Made by a program: the position numbers and the translations under genes. Shown in pieces: positions 17,423 to 25,379 of a DNA stretch of 32,000 nt; position 1 is the first letter of the stretch, and the number at the start of each line of letters is the position of its first letter. The notes beneath the pieces are model-generated. The model worked only from the letters and a program-made list of their open reading frames with translations. It ran no database searches and was not told the DNA's origin. Source of the DNA: Nitratidesulfovibrio vulgaris str. Hildenborough (GTDB taxonomy: Bacteria; Desulfobacterota; Desulfovibrionia; Desulfovibrionales; Desulfovibrionaceae); contig NC_002937.3 of assembly GCF_000195755.1 (NCBI RefSeq), positions 3,270,001-3,302,000 of the forward strand. Direction: 5' to 3'.

Positions 17423-17461
17423 AAAAAAGCACTCGCAGCTGTTACGCTGCAAGTGCTTTTT
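17423..17461. terminator. Bidirectional rho-independent terminator (tRNA-Val on the minus strand; SBP gene on the plus strand)
   Basis: AGCACTCGCAGC (17428-17439), 6-nt loop, GCTGCAAGTGCT (17446-17457): 11 of 12 pairs. It is flanked by A6 on the left and T5 on the right, so either strand reads a stem followed by a U-run. It starts 8 nt past the tRNA 3' end. Confidence 0.75.
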
Positions 17462-17468
17462 GTACTCG

Positions 17469-17544
17469 TGGTGGGCGGTGAGGGGATCGAACCCCCGGCA
17501 TTCGGCTTGTAAGGCCGACGCTCTACCAGCTGAGCTAACCGCCC
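17469..17544 (-). tRNA. tRNA-Val (anticodon UAC), CCA encoded
   Basis: The reverse complement is GGGCGGTTAGCTCAGCTGGTAGAGCGTCGGCCTTACAAGCCGAATGCCGGGGGTTCGATCCCCTCACCGCCCACCA. It folds with a 7-bp acceptor stem (GGGCGGT/ACCGCCC), a D stem GCTC/GAGC and an anticodon stem TCGGC/GCCGA. The anticodon loop is CTTACAA (anticodon TAC). The T arm is GGGGG/CCCTC with loop TTCGATC, followed by discriminator A and CCA. Confidence 0.95.
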
Positions 17545-17555
17545 AAGGGAGTATG

Positions 17556-17584
17556 CTCTTAAAGGAAAGCCGCGCGCGTGTCAA
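17556..17584 (-). promoter_or_regulatory. Sigma-70-type promoter for tRNA-Val
   Basis: The minus strand reads TTGACA (17584-17579), 17 nt, TAAGAG (17561-17556), then 11 nt to the first tRNA base. The -35 is perfect, the spacing is ideal, and the -10 is weak. Confidence 0.5.
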
Positions 17585-17613
17585 ACGCCTTGCACAGCCT
17601 GTACATGCCGCCC

Positions 17614-19227
17614 CTACAACCCCACGACGACCTTGGTCGCCACGGCAATCTGGTACAGTATCTGCGACATGTCCTTCACGAGTTGCATGTTCTTGGAATC
17701 GAAGCGCGGCAGCACCATGAGATGGTCACCGGGTGCGATGGTGGTATCGCCCGTCCGGAAGACCTCGCCATTGGGACGCACGATGAGCACGCTCGACGTG
17801 TCCGCCCTGTTCGAGTAGCCGCCTGCCCCGCGAATATAGTCCTTCAGGCGCTTGTCACCTGCCCAGACGATGGCCTGCGGCATGACGACCTCACCCGTGA
17901 CGAGTACGACGTCACTCTTGCCGGGAATGACGATGACGTCGCCATCCTCGAGGGCGATGTCGGCGACCTTGCCGCCCGACCCCACCACGACGATGCCGTC
18001 GGGCTCCACGTTGCGCGCCTTTTCGGCGAACTTGGAGATCATCTCGGCCTCGTGGCTGCGAATCTGGGCTTCCTCCGCGCTGGCAGATGTGGCCGTGAAG
18101 GAGCTTTGCTCAAGGCGGCGCAAGGCCTCTTCGATGGCCTTCTTCTGCCGTTCGGCGACGCTGCGCCGCTTGATGTACAGCCCCTGAAGGTCGGCCCTGT
18201 CGCGATCGACGGCGATGAACTGCTGCACGTCACGCAGGCGGGCGTTGCGCTTCACGGGAAAACGCGAGGCCCCGCGAATGGCACCACGCACCTCCACCAT
18301 GATGGTATCGCCGGGCATGTCTGCGAGGTAGGTCACGTTGTCACCATCCTCGAGCGGCATGGTGTCGAAATCGCGCAACGGAAGGTACAGGTTGAAGGGC
18401 GCACCATGGCGGGTCCCCACAAGGCTCACGTGCGATGCCGTGGGCTTGGGGTCGGCCATGAGCGAGAGGTTGTGCCCCATCGCCTCGCCCTTGCGGAACT
18501 CGAACCGTGCGACGTTGCGCACTTCGCCGGTGGCGGCCACGGCGGGCCCCTTCTCGCCCACGACGATGGTATCGCCGTCTAACAGGCGCAAACGCGGCAG
18601 TTCACCACGCAGTGCGAAGGGGTAGAGGTCGAAACGGCTCACCTCGGCGTTGTCGCGCATGATGCGGATGTTGCGATAGCTGCCACGCCGCGGGTCGATG
18701 CCGCCCGCCTTGTCGAGATAGGCGAGCACCATGTCACCGGGGCCTCCGGTATACCTGCCGGGCCGCAGCACGAACCCGGTCACGAAGACGGACAGGGGAC
18801 GGCTGTCGAGCAGTGTCACGTACATCTGCACGTTCTCGACCCCCGTGGCACTCAGCTTGCTCTTGATGGCATCGGCCAGTTGGGCCTGTGCAAGACCTGC
18901 CACGGGCACCGGCCCCACGTCGGTGATGTCCACATCTCCGGCCTCGTTGACGGTGAGCACACCATCGAACGACCGGTCACCCCAGAGGCGCAGCACCAGA
19001 CGGTCGCCAGCGACGATTTCGCGGGTGTCGCCACTGCGGGCTGCTGCGAAATTGCCCTGGAAGAGATTCGCCCCGAAGGGCGCGATGTCGGCTTGCGGGG
19101 CCGCCTTGGCATCGGCCGTCACGGCATGGGCCATGTCACCGGACACGGCCACGAATACAGACACAAGGAGGGCAAGGGTCAGCGTCAGGGCTGACCGCCC
19201 GAAGAACAAGGCAAGGACGCCACGCAT
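17614..19227 (-). CDS. Polysaccharide export protein (Wza/KpsD-like; Poly_export plus repeated SLBB domains)
   Basis: ATG 19227 is preceded by GGAGG at 5 nt, and the signal peptide is MRGVLALFFGRSALTLTLALLVSVFVAVSG. IVAGDRLVLRLWG...VNEAGDVDITDVGPVPVAGL is Poly_export-like. Several repeats of the form G.V..PG.Y....G..VLAYLDKAGG / GDTIVV / GDVIVIPG are SLBB-like. Confidence 0.8.
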   Translation of the reverse strand: MRGVLALFFGRSALTLTLALLVSVFVAVSGDMAHAVTADAKAAPQADIAPFGANLFQGNFAAARSGDTREIVAGDRLVLRLWGDRSFDGVLTVNEAGDVDITDVGPVPVAGLAQAQLADAIKSKLSATGVENVQMYVTLLDSRPLSVFVTGFVLRPGRYTGGPGDMVLAYLDKAGGIDPRRGSYRNIRIMRDNAEVSRFDLYPFALRGELPRLRLLDGDTIVVGEKGPAVAATGEVRNVARFEFRKGEAMGHNLSLMADPKPTASHVSLVGTRHGAPFNLYLPLRDFDTMPLEDGDNVTYLADMPGDTIMVEVRGAIRGASRFPVKRNARLRDVQQFIAVDRDRADLQGLYIKRRSVAERQKKAIEEALRRLEQSSFTATSASAEEAQIRSHEAEMISKFAEKARNVEPDGIVVVGSGGKVADIALEDGDVIVIPGKSDVVLVTGEVVMPQAIVWAGDKRLKDYIRGAGGYSNRADTSSVLIVRPNGEVFRTGDTTIAPGDHLMVLPRFDSKNMQLVKDMSQILYQIAVATKVVVGL

Positions 19228-19513
19228 GGCTACCTCCGTCATATATGTCGCGGGCGACTTCGCCCGGAGTCGACTCTGCATGAGCCCTGCACCGAAACGG
19301 CGCAGCAGCCATCATCCGCCATCACCTCTGCCCCGTCGTTGACGCGGGCAGGCCTGCAAAAGCTGGCAGGCGTCGGTCAGCACCAGGACCTCCACAGGCA
19401 GTGGCAGACCTCCGCCGGGCCGAAGGGCTCCATATTCGAAGCCACTCCGGTCATGGCCGGGGCAGTGTGCGGCCATGGGGTTTGACACAAGGGCGGTGAC
19501 GCCCGACGTGCAT

Positions 19514-19894
19514 CTACTGGCCGATACCCTGCCCCCATATGCGGGGGGCCATCGTCCATGTACCGTCATCGCCCTTGCAGGCGACAACGACCTCTGCCTG
19601 CCCGTCACGGGTCAGCAAGGTGGCCCGGCGGCACTCCTGCCCAGACGCCGAGAGGAACGAACCCTCGACGAAGACGCGGATGGACTTGCCGAATTCCGGG
19701 TCGTCCAGCGTCGCCGATGAACCGCCGTCATGGGTGGACAGATAGTCCAGCAGGGGTTTCTCCACCACAGGGTCGTCGATGGGTGAAGCCGCCATTTCGG
19801 GCTGCTTGCCGCCGCAGGCTGCAAGAAGAAGACACGCCACGAGTGCGAGAAGGGCCGCAGGGCGCGTGAAGGATCTGTTCGGATGTCCGGGCAT
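19514..19894 (-). CDS. Small lipoprotein with a conserved Cys pair (function unknown)
   Basis: From the internal ATG 19894: MPGHPNRSFTRPAALLALVACLLLAACGG, with lipobox LLAAC. The C-terminal part, SGQECRRATLLTRDGQAEVVVACKGDDGTWTMAPRIW, resembles small surface-antigen-type lipoproteins. The 5' extension of ORF 19514..20062 has no support. Confidence 0.7.
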   Translation of the reverse strand: MPGHPNRSFTRPAALLALVACLLLAACGGKQPEMAASPIDDPVVEKPLLDYLSTHDGGSSATLDDPEFGKSIRVFVEGSFLSASGQECRRATLLTRDGQAEVVVACKGDDGTWTMAPRIWGQGIGQ

Positions 19895-20117
19895 GGATAC
19901 CTCGCAAGTGGTTGGCGAACGGGGAAACAGCCGGAAGGGACAATACCCTCGCCGGGCTGGCGGGGCGTGGCATGACAGGTCGCCCTGCGCCACGGGCCCA
20001 CGGATGCCCGCAGTGGCCCCTATACCGCCGCGCGGGGGCCACTGTCCACTACGGGAGAGCATCGCCGTAACCGTACGATATCCTCATCATCCCTGACGGC
20101 CTCACATCGGCCCGCAC

Positions 20118-21821
20118 TCATCCTTTCACCTCGCGGTGAAGGTCGATGCCGTAACGCGCCATGCGGTTACGTACCGTCCCCCGGTATACCCCAAGCAGGC
20201 GCGCCGCCTCGGAGATATTGCCGCGTGCACGACGCAACGCCGTAAGAAGCTGCCTTCGCTCCTCTCCTTCGCGCAATTCGCGTTGCGTTGGCGGGAAGGC
20301 GTCCGCCATGGCGGGCGGCGGCGTGCCAGCCTCGCCGGAAGTGCCGGGCAGTGACATCACGCGGTCATGGGCGTCCACCGACATCATCTCATGGTCGGGG
20401 CCGGAGTCGGTCACAACAGGCACAGCGGGCACCACGGGCACAGCGGACACGACAGGTATCGCGGCAACAGCACCGACTTCACCGGCCCGACCCTGCGTGC
20501 CCCCACCGGCACCGGGCCCGGCAACACGCACTGGGGCATCAGGGCGCACCTCATCCGCAGGGGCCTCCTGTGCGGCATCCGGCCCTGTCCTTTCGGCCAC
20601 GGTGGCAGCCAGCGCATGCCCCCCGCATTCCGGCGTCCCGTCGATGATGTGCGGCGGGAGATGTTCCGCGTCGATGTCACCTCCGCCCGCCACCACACAG
20701 GCATACTCCATGGCGCTACGCAATTCGCGCACGTTTCCCGGCCATGTATAGGCCACCAGATGCCGCAGGGCCGCCGGCGTCAGCCCTCCGGCCTTGCGAC
20801 CGTCACGTTCGGTGATGGCACGCAGGAAGAAGGCCGCCAGCAGGGGAATGTCTTCACGCCGTGCAGCCAGCGCAGGCAGCGTGACCGGAATGACGTTGAT
20901 GCGAAACAGCAGGTCTTCACGGAAACGCCCCGCGCGCACGAGCGCGCCGAGATTCCTGTTGGTGGCGGCGATGATGCGCACGTCCACCTCACGGGGGTGA
21001 TTGTCGCCCACCCTCTCGATGCGTTTGGTCTCAAGCACGCGCAACAGCTTCACCTGCGTCGGCAGGGGCAGGTCGCCTATCTCGTCGAGGAAGAGGTCTC
21101 CGCCATGGGCTGCCTCGAACCGTCCCTGCCTGTCGCGTACCGCCCCGGTGAAGGCACCGCGCACGTGACCGAACAGCTCGCTTTCAAGCAGATTCTCGTT
21201 GAGGGCCGCACAGTTGAGTTGCACATAGGGGCCGTTGCGTCGCCTGCCCAGTTCGTGCACCGCCCGCGCAGCCAGTTCCTTGCCCGTGCCAGACGCCCCC
21301 AGCAACAACACCGGGGCATCGCTCTCTGCGGCACGTTCAAGCAACCTGAAGGTACGATGCATGGCTGAGGACGCACCGACCATGCCCGCGAAGCCCTCCT
21401 CCGACCCGAGAAGGCGCGAAAGCTCTTCGATACGGCGCTCCTTGTCCACCAGTTCGGAAAGGTCGGTGATGATCTCCACGGCACCCTGCACGCCTCCCTG
21501 TCCATCGGTGAGCACGCGGGCGTTCTTGAGCACGGGAACCACCGTACCGTCCTTGCGGCGCACCGTGCACCGCTTGCGGTTCTCGCCCTTGCGGTCGAAA
21601 AGGCGGCACCAGTGCGCCCCGCCATCCTTGCGTTGCCGGACACAGGCATCACATTGCAGCACGGAACACGCGCGTCCCACCAGTTCATCACGGGTGAAGC
21701 CCGTCAGCCGCTCCAGCGCCGGATTCACCATGCGGATGCGTCCGTCGGGTCCGACGAAGACCAGCCCCTCGTTCAGGGTGTCGATGATGCCGCGAAGAAA
21801 ACGCGGGTCGGTCTCATGCAT
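20118..21821 (-). CDS. Sigma-54-dependent transcriptional activator (PAS, AAA+, long linker, Fis-type HTH)
   Basis: ATG 21821 is preceded by GGAGGAGG. The PAS region is [38 protein letters not shown]. The AAA+ core has Walker [24 protein letters not shown] (the GAFTGA loop), DLFLDEIGD and [10 protein letters not shown]. The C-terminal HTH is [26 protein letters not shown]. Confidence 0.93.
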   Translation of the reverse strand: MHETDPRFLRGIIDTLNEGLVFVGPDGRIRMVNPALERLTGFTRDELVGRACSVLQCDACVRQRKDGGAHWCRLFDRKGENRKRCTVRRKDGTVVPVLKNARVLTDGQGGVQGAVEIITDLSELVDKERRIEELSRLLGSEEGFAGMVGASSAMHRTFRLLERAAESDAPVLLLGASGTGKELAARAVHELGRRRNGPYVQLNCAALNENLLESELFGHVRGAFTGAVRDRQGRFEAAHGGDLFLDEIGDLPLPTQVKLLRVLETKRIERVGDNHPREVDVRIIAATNRNLGALVRAGRFREDLLFRINVIPVTLPALAARREDIPLLAAFFLRAITERDGRKAGGLTPAALRHLVAYTWPGNVRELRSAMEYACVVAGGGDIDAEHLPPHIIDGTPECGGHALAATVAERTGPDAAQEAPADEVRPDAPVRVAGPGAGGGTQGRAGEVGAVAAIPVVSAVPVVPAVPVVTDSGPDHEMMSVDAHDRVMSLPGTSGEAGTPPPAMADAFPPTQRELREGEERRQLLTALRRARGNISEAARLLGVYRGTVRNRMARYGIDLHREVKG

Positions 21822-21916
21822 GGCCCCTCCTCCCTGTTGCGCCTTTGCATCCATTGCCGGTGAGCCTCCCCCATGCCCACTGAGAGGGCAAGCGGCGGCA
21901 ACACGGATCACACCAG

Positions 21917-21953
21917 ATGATGCATCGATTGATGCACATCATGATGCGTCATG
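21917..21953. promoter_or_regulatory. Candidate upstream activator sites: three 12-nt-phased TGATGCR repeats
   Basis: TGATGCA is at 21918 and 21930, and TGATGCG at 21942. Each sits in a short palindrome (GATGCATC; TGATG-ca-CATCA; CATGA-tgcg-TCATG). The sites lie 105-140 nt upstream of the -24/-12 element. Assigning them to the adjacent activator is inference. Confidence 0.4.
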
Positions 21954-22056
21954 TGCTGCATATTTCGAAGTACCGCGTCGCACTCCACGATGCAAGGGGC
22001 CACCGCAGATAATAACAGACACGCTATTCCGGCATGTTATGATTATCAAACTCTTC

Positions 22057-22072
22057 AGGCACAGTTCCTGCT
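22057..22072 (+). promoter_or_regulatory. Sigma-54 (-24/-12) promoter of the Fe-S/cytochrome operon
   Basis: aGGCACagttcCTGCT has GG at 22058-22059 and GC at 22070-22071, the canonical 12-nt register of TGGCAC-N5-TTGCW. It lies 52 nt upstream of ATG 22123 and next to a divergent sigma-54 activator gene. Confidence 0.65.
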
Positions 22073-22122
22073 CTGCTTTCATGCGGACGGTTCACCCCTT
22101 CCATGAGGAGACAACAGGAGAC

Positions 22123-23712
22123 ATGTCAGCATCTACAGCAGTCCGCGGCAAGCGCATCTCGCGCCGCCGCTTCCTTGGCGGTCTCGGCATCGCCGGAACG
22201 GCCCTCGCCCTCCCCGCAGGCGCACGGGCGGACGTTCCGGCGATGCCGGGAGCGTCATCCGGCAAGACGCCCACGGTCTATGCCACCCTCTATGACCTCG
22301 ACCGCTGCGTCGGTTGCGGTGCGTGCGTCGAGGCATGCCATGAGCGCAACGGCGCACGCTACCCCGAACCGATAAAGCCCTTCCCCGACCTCGTCCCCGC
22401 CGGGACGAAGAACGAAGACTGGTCGGACAGGCGCGACGTGGACGACAGGCTTACCCCCTACAACTGGCTGTACATCCAGTCCGCCACCGTCGATACGCCG
22501 GAAGGCCCGCGCGAGCTGCACTTGCCCCGGCGCTGCCTGCACTGCGCCAACCCGCCCTGCGCCAACCTGTGCCCGTGGGGGTCGGCACGGCGCGAGACCT
22601 CCGGTGCCGTGAGTATCGAGGCCTCCACCTGTCTTGGAGGGGCCAAATGCCGCACAGTATGCCCCTGGCACATTCCGCAGCGGCAATCGGGGGTGGGGCT
22701 GTACCTCGACCTCATGCCACGCTTCGCAGGCAATGGCGTCATGTACAAATGCGACCGCTGCGCCGACATCACCGCCCGCGGCGGCATACCCGCCTGTATC
22801 GAAGCCTGCCCCTACGACGTGCAGACCATCGGCCCCCGTGACGCCATCATCGCCGAAGCGAAGCGACTTGCCGCCGAAAGGGGCTGGCACCTCTACGGGC
22901 TTGACGACAACGGCGGCACCAACACCATCTATCTCTCACCCGTGCCCTTCGGGCTGCTGGACGCTGCCATCCCCAAGGGGCCGGGCAGGCCGCACCTCGC
23001 CCCCGTGGCGGATGCCATGCGCGACGAGACCCGCCTTGCCGCCGTGGCTGCCACCGCGCCCCTGGCCGGATTCGGTGCCGCCATGCTGCGTGTAGCCGCC
23101 GACATACGCGAAGCGGCCCATAGCGACGCACCCGGCGCACATTCTTCACACGCCATGGGGAAGCCCGGACGGGCTGCCACCCACCGTCTGTCAGCCCCCA
23201 CCCCAATAGACACCATCACACCCCATGCCTTTCTCCCCCCTGCCACGTCTCGCGCCGTCCGCGCCATCTGGCTTGCGTGCGCCATCGTGCTGGGATTCAC
23301 GGGGCTGATGCAGATGCCCATCGCCGCACGCTACGGCATGACGGCACTGCCCGGGCTGGCATGGACAGGAGATTTCCACGTCACGCACCGCATGCACTAC
23401 GTCTTCGCAGCCCTGCTGCTTGGACTCGGGGGCTGGCTTCTCGGCAGGGCGTTGCGGCAGCGCGCCTTCCCGGCACTCACCCGCGAGGGCTGGCTTCGTC
23501 TCGGGCTTGTGGCCGGACTGACAGGCACCGGGGTGTTGCGTGTGCTCAAGAACCTGCCCGACGTGAGCTTCAGCCCCCTGCTGACCTTATGGATAGACCT
23601 CGCTCACCTCGGCCTCGCCGTTGCGCTGGGCGCGGTTGCGCTCGTCTTCGCCTTCACGGGGCGCACGGCATGGACCCGCCCCCGCCCACCCGCCGGACGT
23701 CCCCCCGCATAG
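22123..23712 (+). CDS. ohcB: Tat-exported four-cluster ferredoxin-type Fe-S protein (DmsB/HybA/NrfC-like) fused to a C-terminal four-helix membrane domain; OhcB-like
   Basis: ATG 22123 follows AGGAG. The twin-arginine signal is SRRRFLGGLGIAGTALALPAGARA. The Cys groups are CVGCGACVEAC, CLHCANPPCANLCP, CLGGAKCRTVCP and CDRCAD...CIEACP. Four hydrophobic helices occupy the C-terminal region (roughly the last 160 residues). The part of ORF 21235..23712 upstream of 22123 is antisense to the activator gene. The ohc symbol comes from my memory of the octahaem-cytochrome complexes described for sulfate reducers. Confidence 0.85.
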   Translation: MSASTAVRGKRISRRRFLGGLGIAGTALALPAGARADVPAMPGASSGKTPTVYATLYDLDRCVGCGACVEACHERNGARYPEPIKPFPDLVPAGTKNEDWSDRRDVDDRLTPYNWLYIQSATVDTPEGPRELHLPRRCLHCANPPCANLCPWGSARRETSGAVSIEASTCLGGAKCRTVCPWHIPQRQSGVGLYLDLMPRFAGNGVMYKCDRCADITARGGIPACIEACPYDVQTIGPRDAIIAEAKRLAAERGWHLYGLDDNGGTNTIYLSPVPFGLLDAAIPKGPGRPHLAPVADAMRDETRLAAVAATAPLAGFGAAMLRVAADIREAAHSDAPGAHSSHAMGKPGRAATHRLSAPTPIDTITPHAFLPPATSRAVRAIWLACAIVLGFTGLMQMPIAARYGMTALPGLAWTGDFHVTHRMHYVFAALLLGLGGWLLGRALRQRAFPALTREGWLRLGLVAGLTGTGVLRVLKNLPDVSFSPLLTLWIDLAHLGLAVALGAVALVFAFTGRTAWTRPRPPAGRPPA

Positions 23713-23741
23713 TGCGGGGTCATGCAATGAAGGAGGATCAC

Positions 23742-25370
23742 ATGCACAACGCCAACGCCTCGTTCCCCCGCCGTCAGCGGCTGGCGGTGCTGGCGCTCGC
23801 CCTGACCCTGCTGCTGCCGGGTGCTTCCGCATGGGCTGCGGAAGTACCGCCCGGTGCCACAGGCCTCGTAGGCAAGTTGCCGGAGCATCACATCACCGCC
23901 GACCACAGCAAGCACCCCGCGCTGCAACAACCCTTCGCCTCGCCGCAGGAGGTCACCAAAGCCTGCCTCTCGTGCCACAATCAGGCGGCCCTTCAGGTAC
24001 ACAAGACCATTCACTGGACATGGCTAGACCCGGCCGACCCCACCCGCAAGATGGGCAAGGGCGGCATCACCTTCAACAACTTCTGTATCGCCGTACCTTC
24101 CAACGAGCCACGCTGCACCTCATGCCATGCAGGCTACGGCTGGAAGGACAAGAACTTCGACTTCTCGGCGCAGGAGAACGTGGACTGCCTCGTCTGCCAC
24201 GACCGCACAGGCACCTACAAGAAATTCCCCACCATGGCGGGGATGCCCGTATCCGAACCGACAAAGTTCGGCGAAGAGCAGTTCGACCCGCCCGACTACA
24301 ACGCCGTCGCCGCCGCCGTGGGCAGACCCACACGCGACAACTGCGGCAACTGCCACTTCTATGGCGGGGGCGGAGACGCGGTGAAGCACGGCGACCTCGA
24401 CTCGTCGCTGCATACGCCAAAGCGTGAAATCGACGTCCATATGGATGTGAAGGGGGCCAATTTCACCTGCCAGCGTTGCCACACCACCGATGTGCATTTC
24501 ATAGCCGGACGCACCTACAAGGAACCCGCCTTCACCGAACGCAAGAGCCTCGTGCAGGACGACCAGGTCAAGCGCATCGCCTGCGAATCGTGCCATACCG
24601 CCACGCCGCACAAGGCCGGACACAAGGCCAACGACCATACGGACAAGGTCGCCTGCCAGACCTGCCATATCCCGGCCTATGCACGTGCCATCCCCACCAA
24701 GATGTGGTGGGACTGGTCTACCGCAGGCAAGAAGAAGGACGGCAAGAACTACAAGGAGAAGGGGCCGCTGGGGAAGCCCGTCTACGACACCCAGAAGGGC
24801 GACTTCAGGTGGGAACAGAACGTCGTGCCCGAATACAAGTGGTACGGGGGCCGCATGGACTACCTGCTGCTGACCGACAAGGTCGACCCCGCCAAGCCCG
24901 TCGAAATCAACCGCGTCATCGGCTCGCCCGACGACCCCAACGCGCGCATCATGCCCTTCAAGGTACACCGGGGCAAGCAGCCCTTCGACCCTGAACTGAA
25001 GACCTTCGTGGTACCGCACCTCTTCGGCAAGGACGACGCCGCCTACTGGAAGACCTACGACTGGGCCAAGGCCATCGAGGCCGGGCAGAAGGCCGTGGGA
25101 CTGCCGTGGAGTGGCAAGTACACCTTCGTCGAGACGGCCTACCACTATCCCATCACGCACATGGTGGCCCCCAAGGAGAAGGCCCTGCAATGCGCCGACT
25201 GCCACAGCCCGGCGGGACGTCTGGCAGGTGTGGGCGGTGTATGGATGCCAGGACGTGACGCCAGCAGTGCCGCAGACACCCTCGGCTGGATCGCCGTCAT
25301 CGGTTCACTGTGCGCCGTTACCGTGCACGGCATACTGCGGCTCAACGCGCGCAAGCGCAACGACGGATAG
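23742..25370 (+). CDS. ohcA: Octahaem c-type cytochrome with a C-terminal membrane anchor (Otr-family-like; OhcA-like)
   Basis: AAGGAGG (23730-23736) lies 5 nt before ATG 23742, and the signal peptide is RRQRLAVLALALTLLLPGASAWA. There are eight CxxCH motifs: CLSCH, CTSCH, CLVCH, CGNCH, CQRCH, CESCH, CQTCH and CADCH. The C-terminal helix is LGWIAVIGSLCAVTVHGIL, followed by RLNARKRNDG. Confidence 0.9.
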   Translation: MHNANASFPRRQRLAVLALALTLLLPGASAWAAEVPPGATGLVGKLPEHHITADHSKHPALQQPFASPQEVTKACLSCHNQAALQVHKTIHWTWLDPADPTRKMGKGGITFNNFCIAVPSNEPRCTSCHAGYGWKDKNFDFSAQENVDCLVCHDRTGTYKKFPTMAGMPVSEPTKFGEEQFDPPDYNAVAAAVGRPTRDNCGNCHFYGGGGDAVKHGDLDSSLHTPKREIDVHMDVKGANFTCQRCHTTDVHFIAGRTYKEPAFTERKSLVQDDQVKRIACESCHTATPHKAGHKANDHTDKVACQTCHIPAYARAIPTKMWWDWSTAGKKKDGKNYKEKGPLGKPVYDTQKGDFRWEQNVVPEYKWYGGRMDYLLLTDKVDPAKPVEINRVIGSPDDPNARIMPFKVHRGKQPFDPELKTFVVPHLFGKDDAAYWKTYDWAKAIEAGQKAVGLPWSGKYTFVETAYHYPITHMVAPKEKALQCADCHSPAGRLAGVGGVWMPGRDASSAADTLGWIAVIGSLCAVTVHGILRLNARKRNDG

Positions 25371-25379
25371 GAGAGCGCC

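Noticed and set aside
15500-17468. Search for an integrase gene and a direct repeat of the tRNA-Val 3' end to delimit a genomic island
   Set aside because: I found neither by eye. The island interpretation therefore rests only on composition and position, and is reported as a hypothesis, not a mobile_element feature.
17578-18582. 334-aa plus-strand ORF opposite the polysaccharide export gene
   Set aside because: Antisense shadow. It would also run through the tRNA-Val promoter region. It has no motifs.
21235-22122. 5' extension of ORF 21235..23712 (would give an 825-aa protein)
   Set aside because: The extension is antisense to the sigma-54 activator gene and crosses the intergenic promoter region. 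A proper RBS and a twin-arginine signal peptide begin at ATG 22123.
24120-25205. 361-aa minus-strand ORF opposite the octahaem cytochrome gene
   Set aside because: Antisense shadow. The plus frame has eight CxxCH motifs and a signal peptide.
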